Assembly: GCA_963845515.1 (NCBI GenBank)
Contig: CAWJSR010000035.1
Coordinates: 1-64,000 of the forward strand
Direction: 5' to 3'
DNA from: an uncultured delta proteobacterium
GTDB lineage: Bacteria > Myxococcota > Myxococcia > Myxococcales > Anaeromyxobacteraceae
Length of the DNA: 64,000 nt
This document shows positions 9,954-19,331 of the stretch, piece after piece. A program made the position numbers and the translations under genes. The notes beneath the pieces were generated by a model. It was not told where the DNA came from. It saw nothing but the letters and a program-made list of their open reading frames with translations, and did not search any database. Each line of letters opens with the position of its first letter. Positions within the stretch are counted from its first letter, which is position 1.

Positions 9954-11420
9954 TTGGGCCAGCCATACGACGTGCTGATCCTCGGGGCCGGTGTGGTCGG
10001 CGGCGCCATCGCGCGCCAGCTCTCGCGCCACCGGCTCCGCGTGGCGCTGATCGAGAAGGAGGCGGAGGTCGGCTTCGGCACGAGCAAGACCAACAGCGGG
10101 ATCATCCACCCCGGCCACGACACCTCACTGGACACGCTCAAGGGGCGGCTGGTCGTCCCTGGCAACGCGGCCTTCGACGGGCTCTCCGGCGAGCTCCACT
10201 TCGGCTTCCGCCGGATCGGCCAGCTCAACGTCGCCCAGAGCGAGCCGGAGCTGGAGGTGCTGCGGCGGCTGAAGGACCAGGGTGACGCGAAGGGGGTCCC
10301 GGGGCTGGAGCTGTGGGACCAGGCGAGGCTGCGGCGCGAGGAGCCGAACCTGTCGCGCCACCTGCTCGGCGCGCTCCACGCCCCGTCGGCCGGCGTCATC
10401 AACCCCTACGAGTTCGCCTTCGCCCTCGTGGAGTGCGCGCGCCAGAACGGCGTCGAGCTCCGGGTTCAGAGCCCCGTGCTCGGGATCGAGCCGCGGGGCG
10501 AGCGGCTCGCCGTCCGCGTCCCCGGCGGCACGCTGGAGTCCCGCTTCGTCATAAATGCCACCGGCGTCGCCTCGGACCTCGTCGCGCGGATGGTCGGGCT
10601 CGACGACTTCCAGATCCGCCCTCGCAAGGGCGAGGAGTACATGCTCGACAAGCGGCTCATGGGGCTCGTCCGGCGGCTCATCTTCCCGCTGCCGACGAAG
10701 GTGACCAAGGGCACGCTCATCATCCCCACCTTCGACGGCACGATCATGGTCGGCCCCACGGCCGAGGACGTACAGGACCGCGGCGACGTGTCGACCAGCG
10801 CCAGGGGTGCGGACGCGGTCTTCGCCGCGGCGCGCGCGCTCTGCCCGGCCATCGACCCGCGCGACGCCATCACCGCGTTCGCGGGGCTGCGCGCCGTGAG
10901 CAGCACGAACGACTTCGTCATCGGACCGACCGCGGTGAAGGGCTTCGTGAACGTGGCGGGGATCCAGTCGCCCGGACTCACGGCCGCCCCCGCCATCGCC
11001 GAATACGTGGAGGGGATCCTGGCGAAGGAGGGGCTCGAGCTCGTGCCGCGCGACGGCTACAGGCCCATCGTCGCCGGCCCCACCCGCTTCGCGCAGCGCA
11101 CGCAGGAGGAGCAGGAGGCGCTAGCCGCGGAGGACCCGCGCTTCGCCAAGGTCGTCTGCCGCTGCGAGCTGGTGACCGAGGCGGAGATCCACGAGGCGAT
11201 CGATCACGGCGCCGTCACCCTGGACGGCCTCAAGTTCCGCAGCCGCGCGGGCATGGGGCGCTGCCAGGGCGGCTTCTGCACCACGCGCTGCATGGAGCTC
11301 CTGGCGGGCCGGCTCGGCGTGCCGCTCCACGAGGTGACCAAGCGCGGCGGCGGCTCGTGGATCGTCCGGCCGATGGAGGTCGCTCCGGCGCCCCCCGGGA
11401 GCCCGGAGGGGGAGCCCTGA
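9954..11420 (+). CDS. FAD-dependent oxidoreductase with C-terminal BFD-like [2Fe-2S] domain (glycerol-3-phosphate dehydrogenase / LhgO-like)
   Basis: DVLILGAGVVG, GTSKTNSGIIH, GIQSPGLTAAPAIA, CRCELVTEAEI...RAGMGRCQGGFC; TTG start after GGGAGG. Confidence 0.88.
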   Translation: MGQPYDVLILGAGVVGGAIARQLSRHRLRVALIEKEAEVGFGTSKTNSGIIHPGHDTSLDTLKGRLVVPGNAAFDGLSGELHFGFRRIGQLNVAQSEPELEVLRRLKDQGDAKGVPGLELWDQARLRREEPNLSRHLLGALHAPSAGVINPYEFAFALVECARQNGVELRVQSPVLGIEPRGERLAVRVPGGTLESRFVINATGVASDLVARMVGLDDFQIRPRKGEEYMLDKRLMGLVRRLIFPLPTKVTKGTLIIPTFDGTIMVGPTAEDVQDRGDVSTSARGADAVFAAARALCPAIDPRDAITAFAGLRAVSSTNDFVIGPTAVKGFVNVAGIQSPGLTAAPAIAEYVEGILAKEGLELVPRDGYRPIVAGPTRFAQRTQEEQEALAAEDPRFAKVVCRCELVTEAEIHEAIDHGAVTLDGLKFRSRAGMGRCQGGFCTTRCMELLAGRLGVPLHEVTKRGGGSWIVRPMEVAPAPPGSPEGEP

Positions 11421-12697
11421 TGGCGCTGGACCGCCTCCAGCGACGCTACGACGTGGTGGTGGTCGGCGGCGGCCCGGCCGGGCTGGCCGCGTCACTCGGC
11501 GCGCGCGACGCCGGCGCGGAGCGCGTCCTGCTCCTCGACCGCGAGCCCGAGGCGGGCGGCATCCTCCTGCAGTGCATCCACTCCGGCTTCGGCCTGCACT
11601 TCCTGAAGCAGGAGCTGACCGGTCCCGAGTACGCCGAGCGCTTCGTCGAGAAGGCGATCGACCAGGACGTCGACCTCGTCACCCGGTCGTACGTCTCCGG
11701 CATCGCGCTCGACAGCGACGGCCGCCACCGCGTCCGCGTGATGCGCGAGGGGCACGGGATCGAGACGGTGGACGCGGGTGCCGTGATCCTCGCGATGGGC
11801 TGCCGCGAGCGGACGCGCGGCGCCATACGGATCCCCGGCACGCGCCCCGCCGGCGTCCTCACCGCCGGCCTCGCGCAGAAGCTCGTGAACCTGATGGGGC
11901 TCCTGCCGGGCAAGCGGATCGCCATCCTCGGCTCCGGCGACATCGGCCTCATCATGGCGCGCAGGCTGACGCTCGAGGGGTGCGAGGTGGTCGGCGTCTT
12001 CGAGCTGCAGCCCTACTCCAACGGCCTCACCCGCAACGTCGTCCAGTGCCTGGACGACTTCGGCATCCCGCTCCACCTCTCCACCACCGTGACCGGGATC
12101 CACGGGCGCGACCGGGTCGAGAAGGTGACGGTGGCGCCGGCACCCGGAGGCGTGCCCGACCTCTCGCAGGAGCGCGACGTGGCCTGCGACACGCTCCTCC
12201 TCTCGATCGGCCTGATCCCGGAGAACGAGCTGTCGCACGGGCTGGGCGTCGCGATCGATCCGGGCACCGGCGGGCCGCTCGTCTCGTCCACGATGATGAC
12301 GAGCCTGCCGGGGGTCTTCGCCTGCGGCAACGTCCTGCACGTCCACGACCTCGTCGACTACGTCAGCGCCGAGGCGCTGCTCACCGGCGGCTTCGCAGGC
12401 GAGCACTCGCGCGGCGTCCGCCGCCCCAGGGACAACATCCGGCTCGTCCCCGGCCGCAACGTCAGCTACTGCGTGCCGCAGACGCTCGCCCCGGGACGCG
12501 AGCAGACCGTCTACATGCGCTGCCGCGAACCGATGCGCCCGTGCGTGATGAAGGTGGGCGACCTGGTGGAGAAGAAGCTCCCCTTCGTCGTCCCCGCCGA
12601 GACGATCGTCCTCAAGCTCAAGCCCGACCTCCTCGACCGCTTCCACGGCGACGCGCTGCGCGTCGACATCAGCCCCGCCGGGGAGGTGCAGCCGTGA
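11420..12697 (+). CDS. Pyridine nucleotide-disulfide family FAD/NAD(P) oxidoreductase
   Basis: DVVVVGGGPAG, GGILLQCIHSGFG, LTGPEY, GSGDIGLIMARR, GNVLHVHDLVDYV; TGATG overlap with the upstream gene. Confidence 0.88.
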   Translation: MALDRLQRRYDVVVVGGGPAGLAASLGARDAGAERVLLLDREPEAGGILLQCIHSGFGLHFLKQELTGPEYAERFVEKAIDQDVDLVTRSYVSGIALDSDGRHRVRVMREGHGIETVDAGAVILAMGCRERTRGAIRIPGTRPAGVLTAGLAQKLVNLMGLLPGKRIAILGSGDIGLIMARRLTLEGCEVVGVFELQPYSNGLTRNVVQCLDDFGIPLHLSTTVTGIHGRDRVEKVTVAPAPGGVPDLSQERDVACDTLLLSIGLIPENELSHGLGVAIDPGTGGPLVSSTMMTSLPGVFACGNVLHVHDLVDYVSAEALLTGGFAGEHSRGVRRPRDNIRLVPGRNVSYCVPQTLAPGREQTVYMRCREPMRPCVMKVGDLVEKKLPFVVPAETIVLKLKPDLLDRFHGDALRVDISPAGEVQP

Positions 12698-13074
12698 CCG
12701 AGACGAGGGCCTTCGTCTGCATCGGCTGCCCGATCGGCTGCCCGCTCCTGCTCACGCACGAGGGGCGGGAGATCGTGGAGGTCCAGGGGAACGCGTGCGA
12801 CCGGGGGGCGAAGTACGCCCGCCAGGAGTTCACCGACCCCCGCCGCGCGCTCTCGACGACCGTCGCGATCTCCGGCGCTCGCTGGGCCAGGCTGCCGGTC
12901 AAGGTCACGAGCCAGCTGCCGAAGGAGCGCGTGCGCGAAGCGGCGCGGATCATCCATGCGCTCCGCGTCGAGGCACCCGTCGAGCGCGGGAGCGTTCTGC
13001 TGAAGGACCTGCTGGGCGAGCAGGGCGCCGACGTCGTGGCCTGCCGGGGGATGCGACGAGACGGCGGCGGGTGA
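12694..13074 (+). CDS. DUF1667 CxxC metal-binding protein
   Basis: CIGCPIGC...GNACDRGAKYA..E...P.R.LSTTV...LPVK; GTGA overlap. Confidence 0.85.
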   Translation: MTETRAFVCIGCPIGCPLLLTHEGREIVEVQGNACDRGAKYARQEFTDPRRALSTTVAISGARWARLPVKVTSQLPKERVREAARIIHALRVEAPVERGSVLLKDLLGEQGADVVACRGMRRDGGG

Positions 13075-13102
13075 GCGACGAGAAGGTCGCCGCTGGCGCC
13101 GC

Positions 13103-13375
13103 TCAGCGCCTGTGGCACCCGTCGCACTTGGTGGGGCCCTTCGACACCTTCTCGTGGCACGCCTTGCAGAGCGCGTGCGCCTTGTCCCGGTCGAGGCCGA
13201 GCTTGCCGGGAGCGGCCGGGTGGCAGGACCTGCAGCCGCGCGCGGCGTGGAGCTTGTGCGGGAACTTCACGCTGCCAGCCCTCGTCGCCTCGAACGTGAT
13301 CTCCTCGGGCGTCGACGCTGCGTAGGCGGCGCTGGCTAGAGCGGCGGCGGCGAGGGCCGCGATCAACCTGTTCAT
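13103..13375 (-). CDS. Triheme periplasmic cytochrome c7 (PpcA-like)
   Basis: Signal peptide, VKFPHKLH, three CxxCH motifs (CRSCH, CKACH, CDGCH), GPTKC. Confidence 0.9.
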   Translation of the reverse strand: MNRLIAALAAAALASAAYAASTPEEITFEATRAGSVKFPHKLHAARGCRSCHPAAPGKLGLDRDKAHALCKACHEKVSKGPTKCDGCHRR

Positions 13376-13485
13376 GGCGCGCGACTCTATCCGAAGTTCG
13401 AATCGGGGTGCGTCCCTTCGGCCCCCCCCCGTTGGCGGTGAGGGAGGTGGTGCCCGGCATCCCAGCGGGCTATAAGCCCCACACC

Positions 13486-14874
13486 TTGACTACCTTTGCT
13501 GACCTGAAGCTCTCCGAGAAGACGCTCTCCGCCCTCACCCGCGCAGGGTTCGAGGCGCCCACGCCCATCCAGGCCCAGGCCATCCCGCCTGCGCTCGCCG
13601 GCAAGGACGTGATCGGCGCCGCCGCCACCGGGACCGGCAAGACGGCCGCGTTCCTGCTGCCCATCATCGAGCGGCTCTCCGCCCGCACCGCGCCCCCGGG
13701 ACCTCGCGCGCTCGTCCTCGCGCCGACGCGCGAGCTGGCGCTCCAGATCGCAGAGCAGCTCGAGCGCTTCGGCAAGGCGCGCCACATCCGGGGCGCCGTC
13801 GTCATCGGCGGCGTCGGGATGGGGAACCAGTCCTCGCAGCTGCGCGACCACGAGGTGATCATCGCGACGCCGGGCCGGCTCGTGGACCACATCCAGAAGG
13901 GCTCCGCGAAGCTCGACAAGATCGAGATCCTCGTCCTGGACGAGGCCGATCGGATGCTCGACATGGGGTTCAAGCCCCAGCTCACCAAGATCCTGCAGCG
14001 GCTCCCGAAGATGCGGCAGACGCTCCTCTTCTCCGCGACCATCGGGGGCGAGGTGGGCGAGTTCGCCCGCGCCTTCCAGCACGAGCCCGTCCGCGTCGAG
14101 GTGGTCCGCTCCGGCACGACCGCCGAGCGGGCCGAGCAGCGGCTCTTCCTCGCAGGCCAGGAGGAGAAGCTTCCGCTCCTGCTGGCGCTCCTCGAGCTCG
14201 ACGAGCTCTCCACCCTCGTCTTCACGCGCACCAAGCGGCGTGCCGACAAGGTCTGGAAGGTGCTCCAGCGGGTCGGCCACAAGTCGGCGCGGATCCACGC
14301 AGACCGCTCCCAGGCGCAGCGGCGCATGGCGCTCGACGGCTTCAAGGACGGCAGCTACCGCGTGCTCGTCGCCACCGACATCGCCGCGCGCGGCATCGAC
14401 GTCGCCGAGATCGGCCACGTCGTGAACTTCGACCTGCCCCACGTCCCGGAGGACTACGTCCACCGGATCGGCCGCACGGCGCGCATGGAGGCCAGCGGGC
14501 GCGCCTCCAGCTTCGCGGCGCCCGACGAGCAGGTGCAGCTCCGCGACATCGAGCGGCTGACGCGCAAGCAGATCCCCCGCCACGAGGTCCCGCGTGACTC
14601 CGAGATCTTCAAGTCGGAGCTGAAGCGCGCCGCCGAGGGGCAGGCGATGCCGGGCGCGAACGCACAGCCGGCCGGCTTCAACCGGAACCGGCGGCGCGCC
14701 GCGGCCCACAACGAGCGGCGCGGGTCGGCAGGCCAGGGCTCTTCGCAGGGCTCGTCCCGGAAGCCCGCGAGCGGCTCAGCCCGCCCGGCGTCAGGCGGAC
14801 AGGGCGGCGGCCACGAGGGCTCCAGCCCCCGCAAGCCGACGACCGTCGGCACCTGGAAGCCGAAGCGCCGCTAG
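13486..14874 (+). CDS. rhlE: DEAD-box RNA helicase (RhlE-like)
   Basis: PTPIQ, ATGTGKT, PTRELA, DEAD, SAT, ARGID, HRIGRTAR; basic low-complexity tail; TTG start probable. Confidence 0.9.
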   Translation: MTTFADLKLSEKTLSALTRAGFEAPTPIQAQAIPPALAGKDVIGAAATGTGKTAAFLLPIIERLSARTAPPGPRALVLAPTRELALQIAEQLERFGKARHIRGAVVIGGVGMGNQSSQLRDHEVIIATPGRLVDHIQKGSAKLDKIEILVLDEADRMLDMGFKPQLTKILQRLPKMRQTLLFSATIGGEVGEFARAFQHEPVRVEVVRSGTTAERAEQRLFLAGQEEKLPLLLALLELDELSTLVFTRTKRRADKVWKVLQRVGHKSARIHADRSQAQRRMALDGFKDGSYRVLVATDIAARGIDVAEIGHVVNFDLPHVPEDYVHRIGRTARMEASGRASSFAAPDEQVQLRDIERLTRKQIPRHEVPRDSEIFKSELKRAAEGQAMPGANAQPAGFNRNRRRAAAHNERRGSAGQGSSQGSSRKPASGSARPASGGQGGGHEGSSPRKPTTVGTWKPKRR

Positions 14875-14932
14875 CGGCGATCCCGGGGGGCTCACCCGCA
14901 CCTGCCTGCTGCATCGGCGATGAGGGGCTGGT

Positions 14933-16165
14933 CTACGGGGCTGGCCTCCGCAGCCGCATCGTCAGCACGATCGCGAGCACCGCGAGCGCGGCCGCGAGGC
15001 CGAAGCTCGAGCGGAAGCTGCCCGTCCGCTCGGCGAGCGCCCCGGCCACCGCCGGCCCCATGATCTGCCCCAGCCCGAAGATGAACGTGATGAAGCCGAA
15101 GGCCGAGAGCGCGTGCTCGGGGCCGACCTGGTCGCTGACAGCGGCCAGCATGATCGACGGGATCGACCAGGCCACCACGCCAAAGCAGGCGATGGAGAGG
15201 TAGAGCGCCGTGTCTGGCAGCGGCAGCGCGACGAGCAGGTAGGCGGCCGCCTGCAGCCCGAACACGATGACGAGGCCGGCCTCGCGGCCGAGCCGGTCGG
15301 AGAGTGTCCCGAAGACCGGCCCCGAGAAGAGGCTCAGGAGGCCTATGACCGACCAGAAGCCTCCGGCGATCGCCTCCGAGAAGCCGCGCTCCTTCACCAG
15401 CGAGGTGACGAAGAAGGTCACGTAGATCACGTACGTGAAGCCGAACAGGTAGTAGATGACGCCGAGCAGCCAGACCGCCGGGCTCCGGAAGCTCGAGAAG
15501 TGGGGCGACGACGGGCGCGGCGCCGCGGCCGGGTGGGCCGGCGCGGGGCGGCCGAGGACGGAGAGGCCGCGATCCTCCGGCCGGTCGCGGAGCAGGGCGA
15601 CCGCGACGGCGGCGACCACCAGGATGATCACCGCGAGCACCGTCCAGCTCGTGCGCCAGCCCTCGGCCCCCGCCCGGCGGTTCACGTACGGGATGAGCCA
15701 GCCCGAGAGGATGATGGCGAAGCCGCTGCCGATGACGACGAAGCCGGCGGCCCGGCCCCGGATCGTGCTCGCGAACCAGCGGGCCACGAGCCCCATCACC
15801 GGCACGTTTACGGCGCCGCTGCCGAAGCCGGTGAGCGCGTACAGGACGAAGACGGGGGCGAACGAGTGGGCGCGAGCGATGAGCAGCATCGTCGCGGCCA
15901 TGAGCAGCAGCGCGGCGAAGACGAGCCTGCGCGGGCCGAGCCGCGCCGAGAGCGGCCCGCAGACCAGCACCGCGACGAGGTAGCCGACGAAGTTGCCCGT
16001 CCCCACCCAGCCGATCTCGGAGTAGCCGAAGCTCAGCGACGCGGCCATGGACGGGAGCATCATCCCGAGCGCGAAGCGCCCGAGGCCGAGCCCCGCGAAG
16101 ACGCAGAGCGTCCCGGTGGCGACGATGATCCAGGCGTAGTGGACGCGCGGCGCTGGCGTTTCCAT
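14933..16165 (-). CDS. MFS transporter (YbfB/YjiJ-like)
   Basis: About 12 TM helices; GLGRFALGMMLP and GTLSDRLGR. Confidence 0.88.
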   Translation of the reverse strand: METPAPRVHYAWIIVATGTLCVFAGLGLGRFALGMMLPSMAASLSFGYSEIGWVGTGNFVGYLVAVLVCGPLSARLGPRRLVFAALLLMAATMLLIARAHSFAPVFVLYALTGFGSGAVNVPVMGLVARWFASTIRGRAAGFVVIGSGFAIILSGWLIPYVNRRAGAEGWRTSWTVLAVIILVVAAVAVALLRDRPEDRGLSVLGRPAPAHPAAAPRPSSPHFSSFRSPAVWLLGVIYYLFGFTYVIYVTFFVTSLVKERGFSEAIAGGFWSVIGLLSLFSGPVFGTLSDRLGREAGLVIVFGLQAAAYLLVALPLPDTALYLSIACFGVVAWSIPSIMLAAVSDQVGPEHALSAFGFITFIFGLGQIMGPAVAGALAERTGSFRSSFGLAAALAVLAIVLTMRLRRPAP

Positions 16166-16208
16166 GGGCCCCGCAGTCAACCGGGCGGGCGTGGAATTGT
16201 AAAGGCGC

Positions 16209-16964
16209 TCAGCTGGCGCGCGACGCGGGCACGGCCAGCCGCTCCAGCAGCCGATCCACGTCGGCGCGCCGCTTGACGAAGTACGCCGCCGCGCTGCTCC
16301 GCGCGCGGCCGACGCGGACCATGACGGACGGGACGGAGAGCGGCTCCCTGAAGGCGGCCTCGTCGGTCACGTCGTCTCCCACGAAGATCACGCGCTCGCA
16401 GCGCGAGACCGCGACCAGGCGGGCGAGCGCGCCGCCCTTGTCGGGCGCCCCGGCCGGCACCACGTTGAGGACCCGCTTCCCCCCGATCAGCGCCGCCCCC
16501 GGGAGCCCTGCAGCCGCCGCCTCGACCGCGGCGGCAGCGCTGGCGGGGCTCCGCGCAGCTCGCCAGTGGATCGACAGGGAGACCTCCTTGTCCTCGATGT
16601 CGACGCCGTCCACCCCCGCGAGCCGCGCCTCGAGCTCGCGTCGCCACCCGGCGACCCGACGGACGAGGGCTCGCGAGGTCGGCTCGCCGGGCCACTCCGC
16701 GCCGTGCCCGCCCACGAGCCAGCGCACCGGGACCCCCTCCATCTTCTCCGCGAGGTCGGTGAGCGCGCGCCCGGAGAGCACGGCCACGTCGCGGCTCGGC
16801 GCCAGCGCGGCCACGAGGCGTCGCGTCCGCGAGGACATCCGCACCTTGCCCCGGTCGCGGACGAGCGGCGCGAGGGTCCCGTCGAAGTCGAGGACGACGA
16901 GCGTGCCGGGGCTCGCGAGCCCGGCGAGCACGCGCCTCGCCGCGAGCGACAGGATGTCCCTCAC
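16209..16964 (-). CDS. otsB: Trehalose-6-phosphate phosphatase (HAD)
   Basis: LDFDGTLAP, LSGR, GGHGAE, EDK, DKG, FVGDDVTDE; GTG at 16964 overlapping a TGA. Confidence 0.9.
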   Translation of the reverse strand: MRDILSLAARRVLAGLASPGTLVVLDFDGTLAPLVRDRGKVRMSSRTRRLVAALAPSRDVAVLSGRALTDLAEKMEGVPVRWLVGGHGAEWPGEPTSRALVRRVAGWRRELEARLAGVDGVDIEDKEVSLSIHWRAARSPASAAAAVEAAAAGLPGAALIGGKRVLNVVPAGAPDKGGALARLVAVSRCERVIFVGDDVTDEAAFREPLSVPSVMVRVGRARSSAAAYFVKRRADVDRLLERLAVPASRAS

Positions 16965-19190
16965 GCGCTCGCTCCGCCGGGGCCGCCGGAGAGCCGCGTC
17001 GCCAGCCGCTCCTGCCTCCTGGTCCTGCGTCGCGTCGAGCAGCATCTTGCCCGCCCAGCGGTAGACGTTCAGCTCGGCGACGACCGAGCGCATCGCGCGC
17101 ATGCGCTCCTCCTGCTCCTCCGGTGCCATCGTCACCGCCGCGGCGATGGCGGCGGCCGCCGCGTCGATGTCGTAGGGGTTGACCACCAGCGCCTCGGTGA
17201 GCTCGCGGGCGGCGCCGGTGAAGCGCGACAGGATCAGGACGCCGCGCAGGTCCTCACGGCTCGCGACGAACTCCTTCGCCACGAGGTTCATGCCGTCGTG
17301 AAGGCTCGACACGTAGCAGAGGTCGGCCGCGCGGTAGAGCCTGAAGATCGCCGGCGGCTCGTGGTGGCGGCGCATCAGCGCGATCGGGCGCCAGCCTGGC
17401 CTCGCGAAGCGGGCGTTGATCCGCTCCGCGAGCGCCTCCACCCGCTCGTTGAGCGCGCGGTAGGCCTCTATGACCGTCCGGCTCGGGGCGCCCACCTGGG
17501 CGAAGGTGAACCGTCCCACCCACGACGGGTAGCGCTCGAGGAAGCGCTCGACCGCGAGCAGTCGCTCCTCAATCCCCTTCGTGTAGTCGATCCGGTCCAC
17601 CCCGACGCCGAGCACGACGCCTGGCGCGAGCCCCAGCTCCTTGCGCACCGCCTCCCGGCACTCCGCCGCCGGCGGGGTCCCGGCCGCCCAGTGGCTGGGC
17701 CACTCGATCGAGATGGGGTAGGCGCGGACGAGCGTCTCCCGCCCGCCCAGCACCACGGACTGGCGCTCGCGGTCGATGCGCGACTCCAGGAAGCGATCGA
17801 TCGCCTCGACGAAGTTGTTGCAGTGGGCCTGCGTGTGGAAGCCGATGATGCTCGCGCCGAGCATCCCCTCCAGGATCTCGCGCTCCCACGGACAGATCCC
17901 GAACCGCTCGGCGTTGGGCCAGGGGATGTGCCAGAAGGTGAGGATCGTCGCGCGCGGGCGGAGCTCGCGCAGGTACTTCGGCAGCATCGCGAAGTGGTAG
18001 TCCTGCACCAGGACGATCGGGTCGGGGACGTCGGCCTCCTGCGCCACCGCCTCCGCGTACCGCCGGTTCACCCGCTTGTAGTGCTCCCAGTCCTGGACGC
18101 GAAACTCCGGGCGCGTGTGGGCGATGTGGCAGAGCGGCCAGAGCCCCTCGTTGGCGAAGCCGTAGTAGAAGCCCTTCTCCTCCTCCTTCGTGAGCCAGAT
18201 CCGGCGGAGCGAGTAGGCCTCCTCACCCGGTGGGACGCGAACGCGGTCGCGGCCGTCCACCGTTTCGCGGTCGGCCGTTCCGCTGCCGTGGGCGATCCAG
18301 GTCCCGGAGCAGGCGCGCATCACCGGCTCCAGCGCGGTGACGAGCCCCGAGGCAGGGTGGAGGACCCGGATGGAGCCGTCCTCCCCCCGATCGTGGATGT
18401 ACGGCTCCCGGTTGGCGACCACGACGATCCCCTCGCCGCGCAGGTTCCGGTGCAGCACCTGGCGCAGCCGCTCCGGGGTCCAGGCCGCGCCGCCGCGGGA
18501 CTCCTCGGCCGTCAGCGTCGAGACCAGGTCTCGAACGTCACTGAGCAGCGGCTGGAAGCGCCTGGCCGTGGGCGTCGCCTCGTCCATGGAGAACGGCGCC
18601 GCCAGGAGCCGCCGCAGCTCATCGGTCCAGGTCCGCCAGGTGAACCTCGCGACGGCCCTGGCCGCGACCGCGCCGACCAGCCCGACGAGGGCGAAGGCGA
18701 AGAAGGTGAAGCGCCGCGTGGTGTCGGCGCGCCGGTCGACGAAGCTCATGTCGTGGACCATCACGAGGACCCGGTCGCCGTTCCCCTCCTCCTCGACGGA
18801 CAGCACGGAGACGTGAACCGATCCTGTCGGGCGCGTCGCCGCGAGATCCCAGCCGCTCTTGCCCGGGGCGAGCGAATCCTTCGGGAGCTGGTCGCAGCCG
18901 TAGTCCACGGGGAAGGCGAGGCTCGCCGCCACGGTCAGCCCGTCGCGCGTGCAGACCGCGGCGCCCATCAGCCGCTCGTCCCGCACGAGGGCGTCCACGA
19001 CCCGCCGCGTTCCGGTCGAGTCCGCCTCCGAGAGCGCCGGGCGCGCGCCGGAGAGCGCGAGCCTCGCACGCGCCGCCATGTCGCGCTCCGCCCACGTGAG
19101 GGCCCGCCGGTTGAGGAGCGTGGACGCGCCCCACGCGATTCCGCCGAGGGCTGCCGCGAAGAGGAGCGCGAACCTGAGAAAGGCCTTCAT
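16961..19190 (-). CDS. otsA: Trehalose-6-phosphate synthase with N-terminal two-TM extracytoplasmic domain; probable frameshift at ~17022
   Basis: VVANREPY, SGLVTAL, YYGFANEGLWPLCH, QDYHF, FWHIPWP, DRIDYTKGI, DGMNLVAKEF (GT20). Confidence 0.9.
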
Positions 19191-19331
19191 GAACGCCTCC
19201 TTGCGGGTCCAGCCCTCCTCTAGAACATGATGCCGCCGGGCAGACAACTCGAGCCGTGAACCCCAGCCCCGTCGTGGGTCCGCCCCAGTTGGCGCGCGAC
19301 GGCCCGCGCCGCTGGGATAGGCTCGTCGACG

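Noticed and set aside
8664..13074. Very long overlapping ORFs (918, 794, 500 aa) implying N-terminal extensions
   Set aside because: Stop-poor high-GC frames; true starts at 9954, 11420 and 12694 are supported by RBS or stop/start overlaps and family motifs.
13388..13445. tRNA-like GTTCGAATC motif upstream of rhlE
   Set aside because: No T-stem, anticodon arm or acceptor stem can be folded around it.
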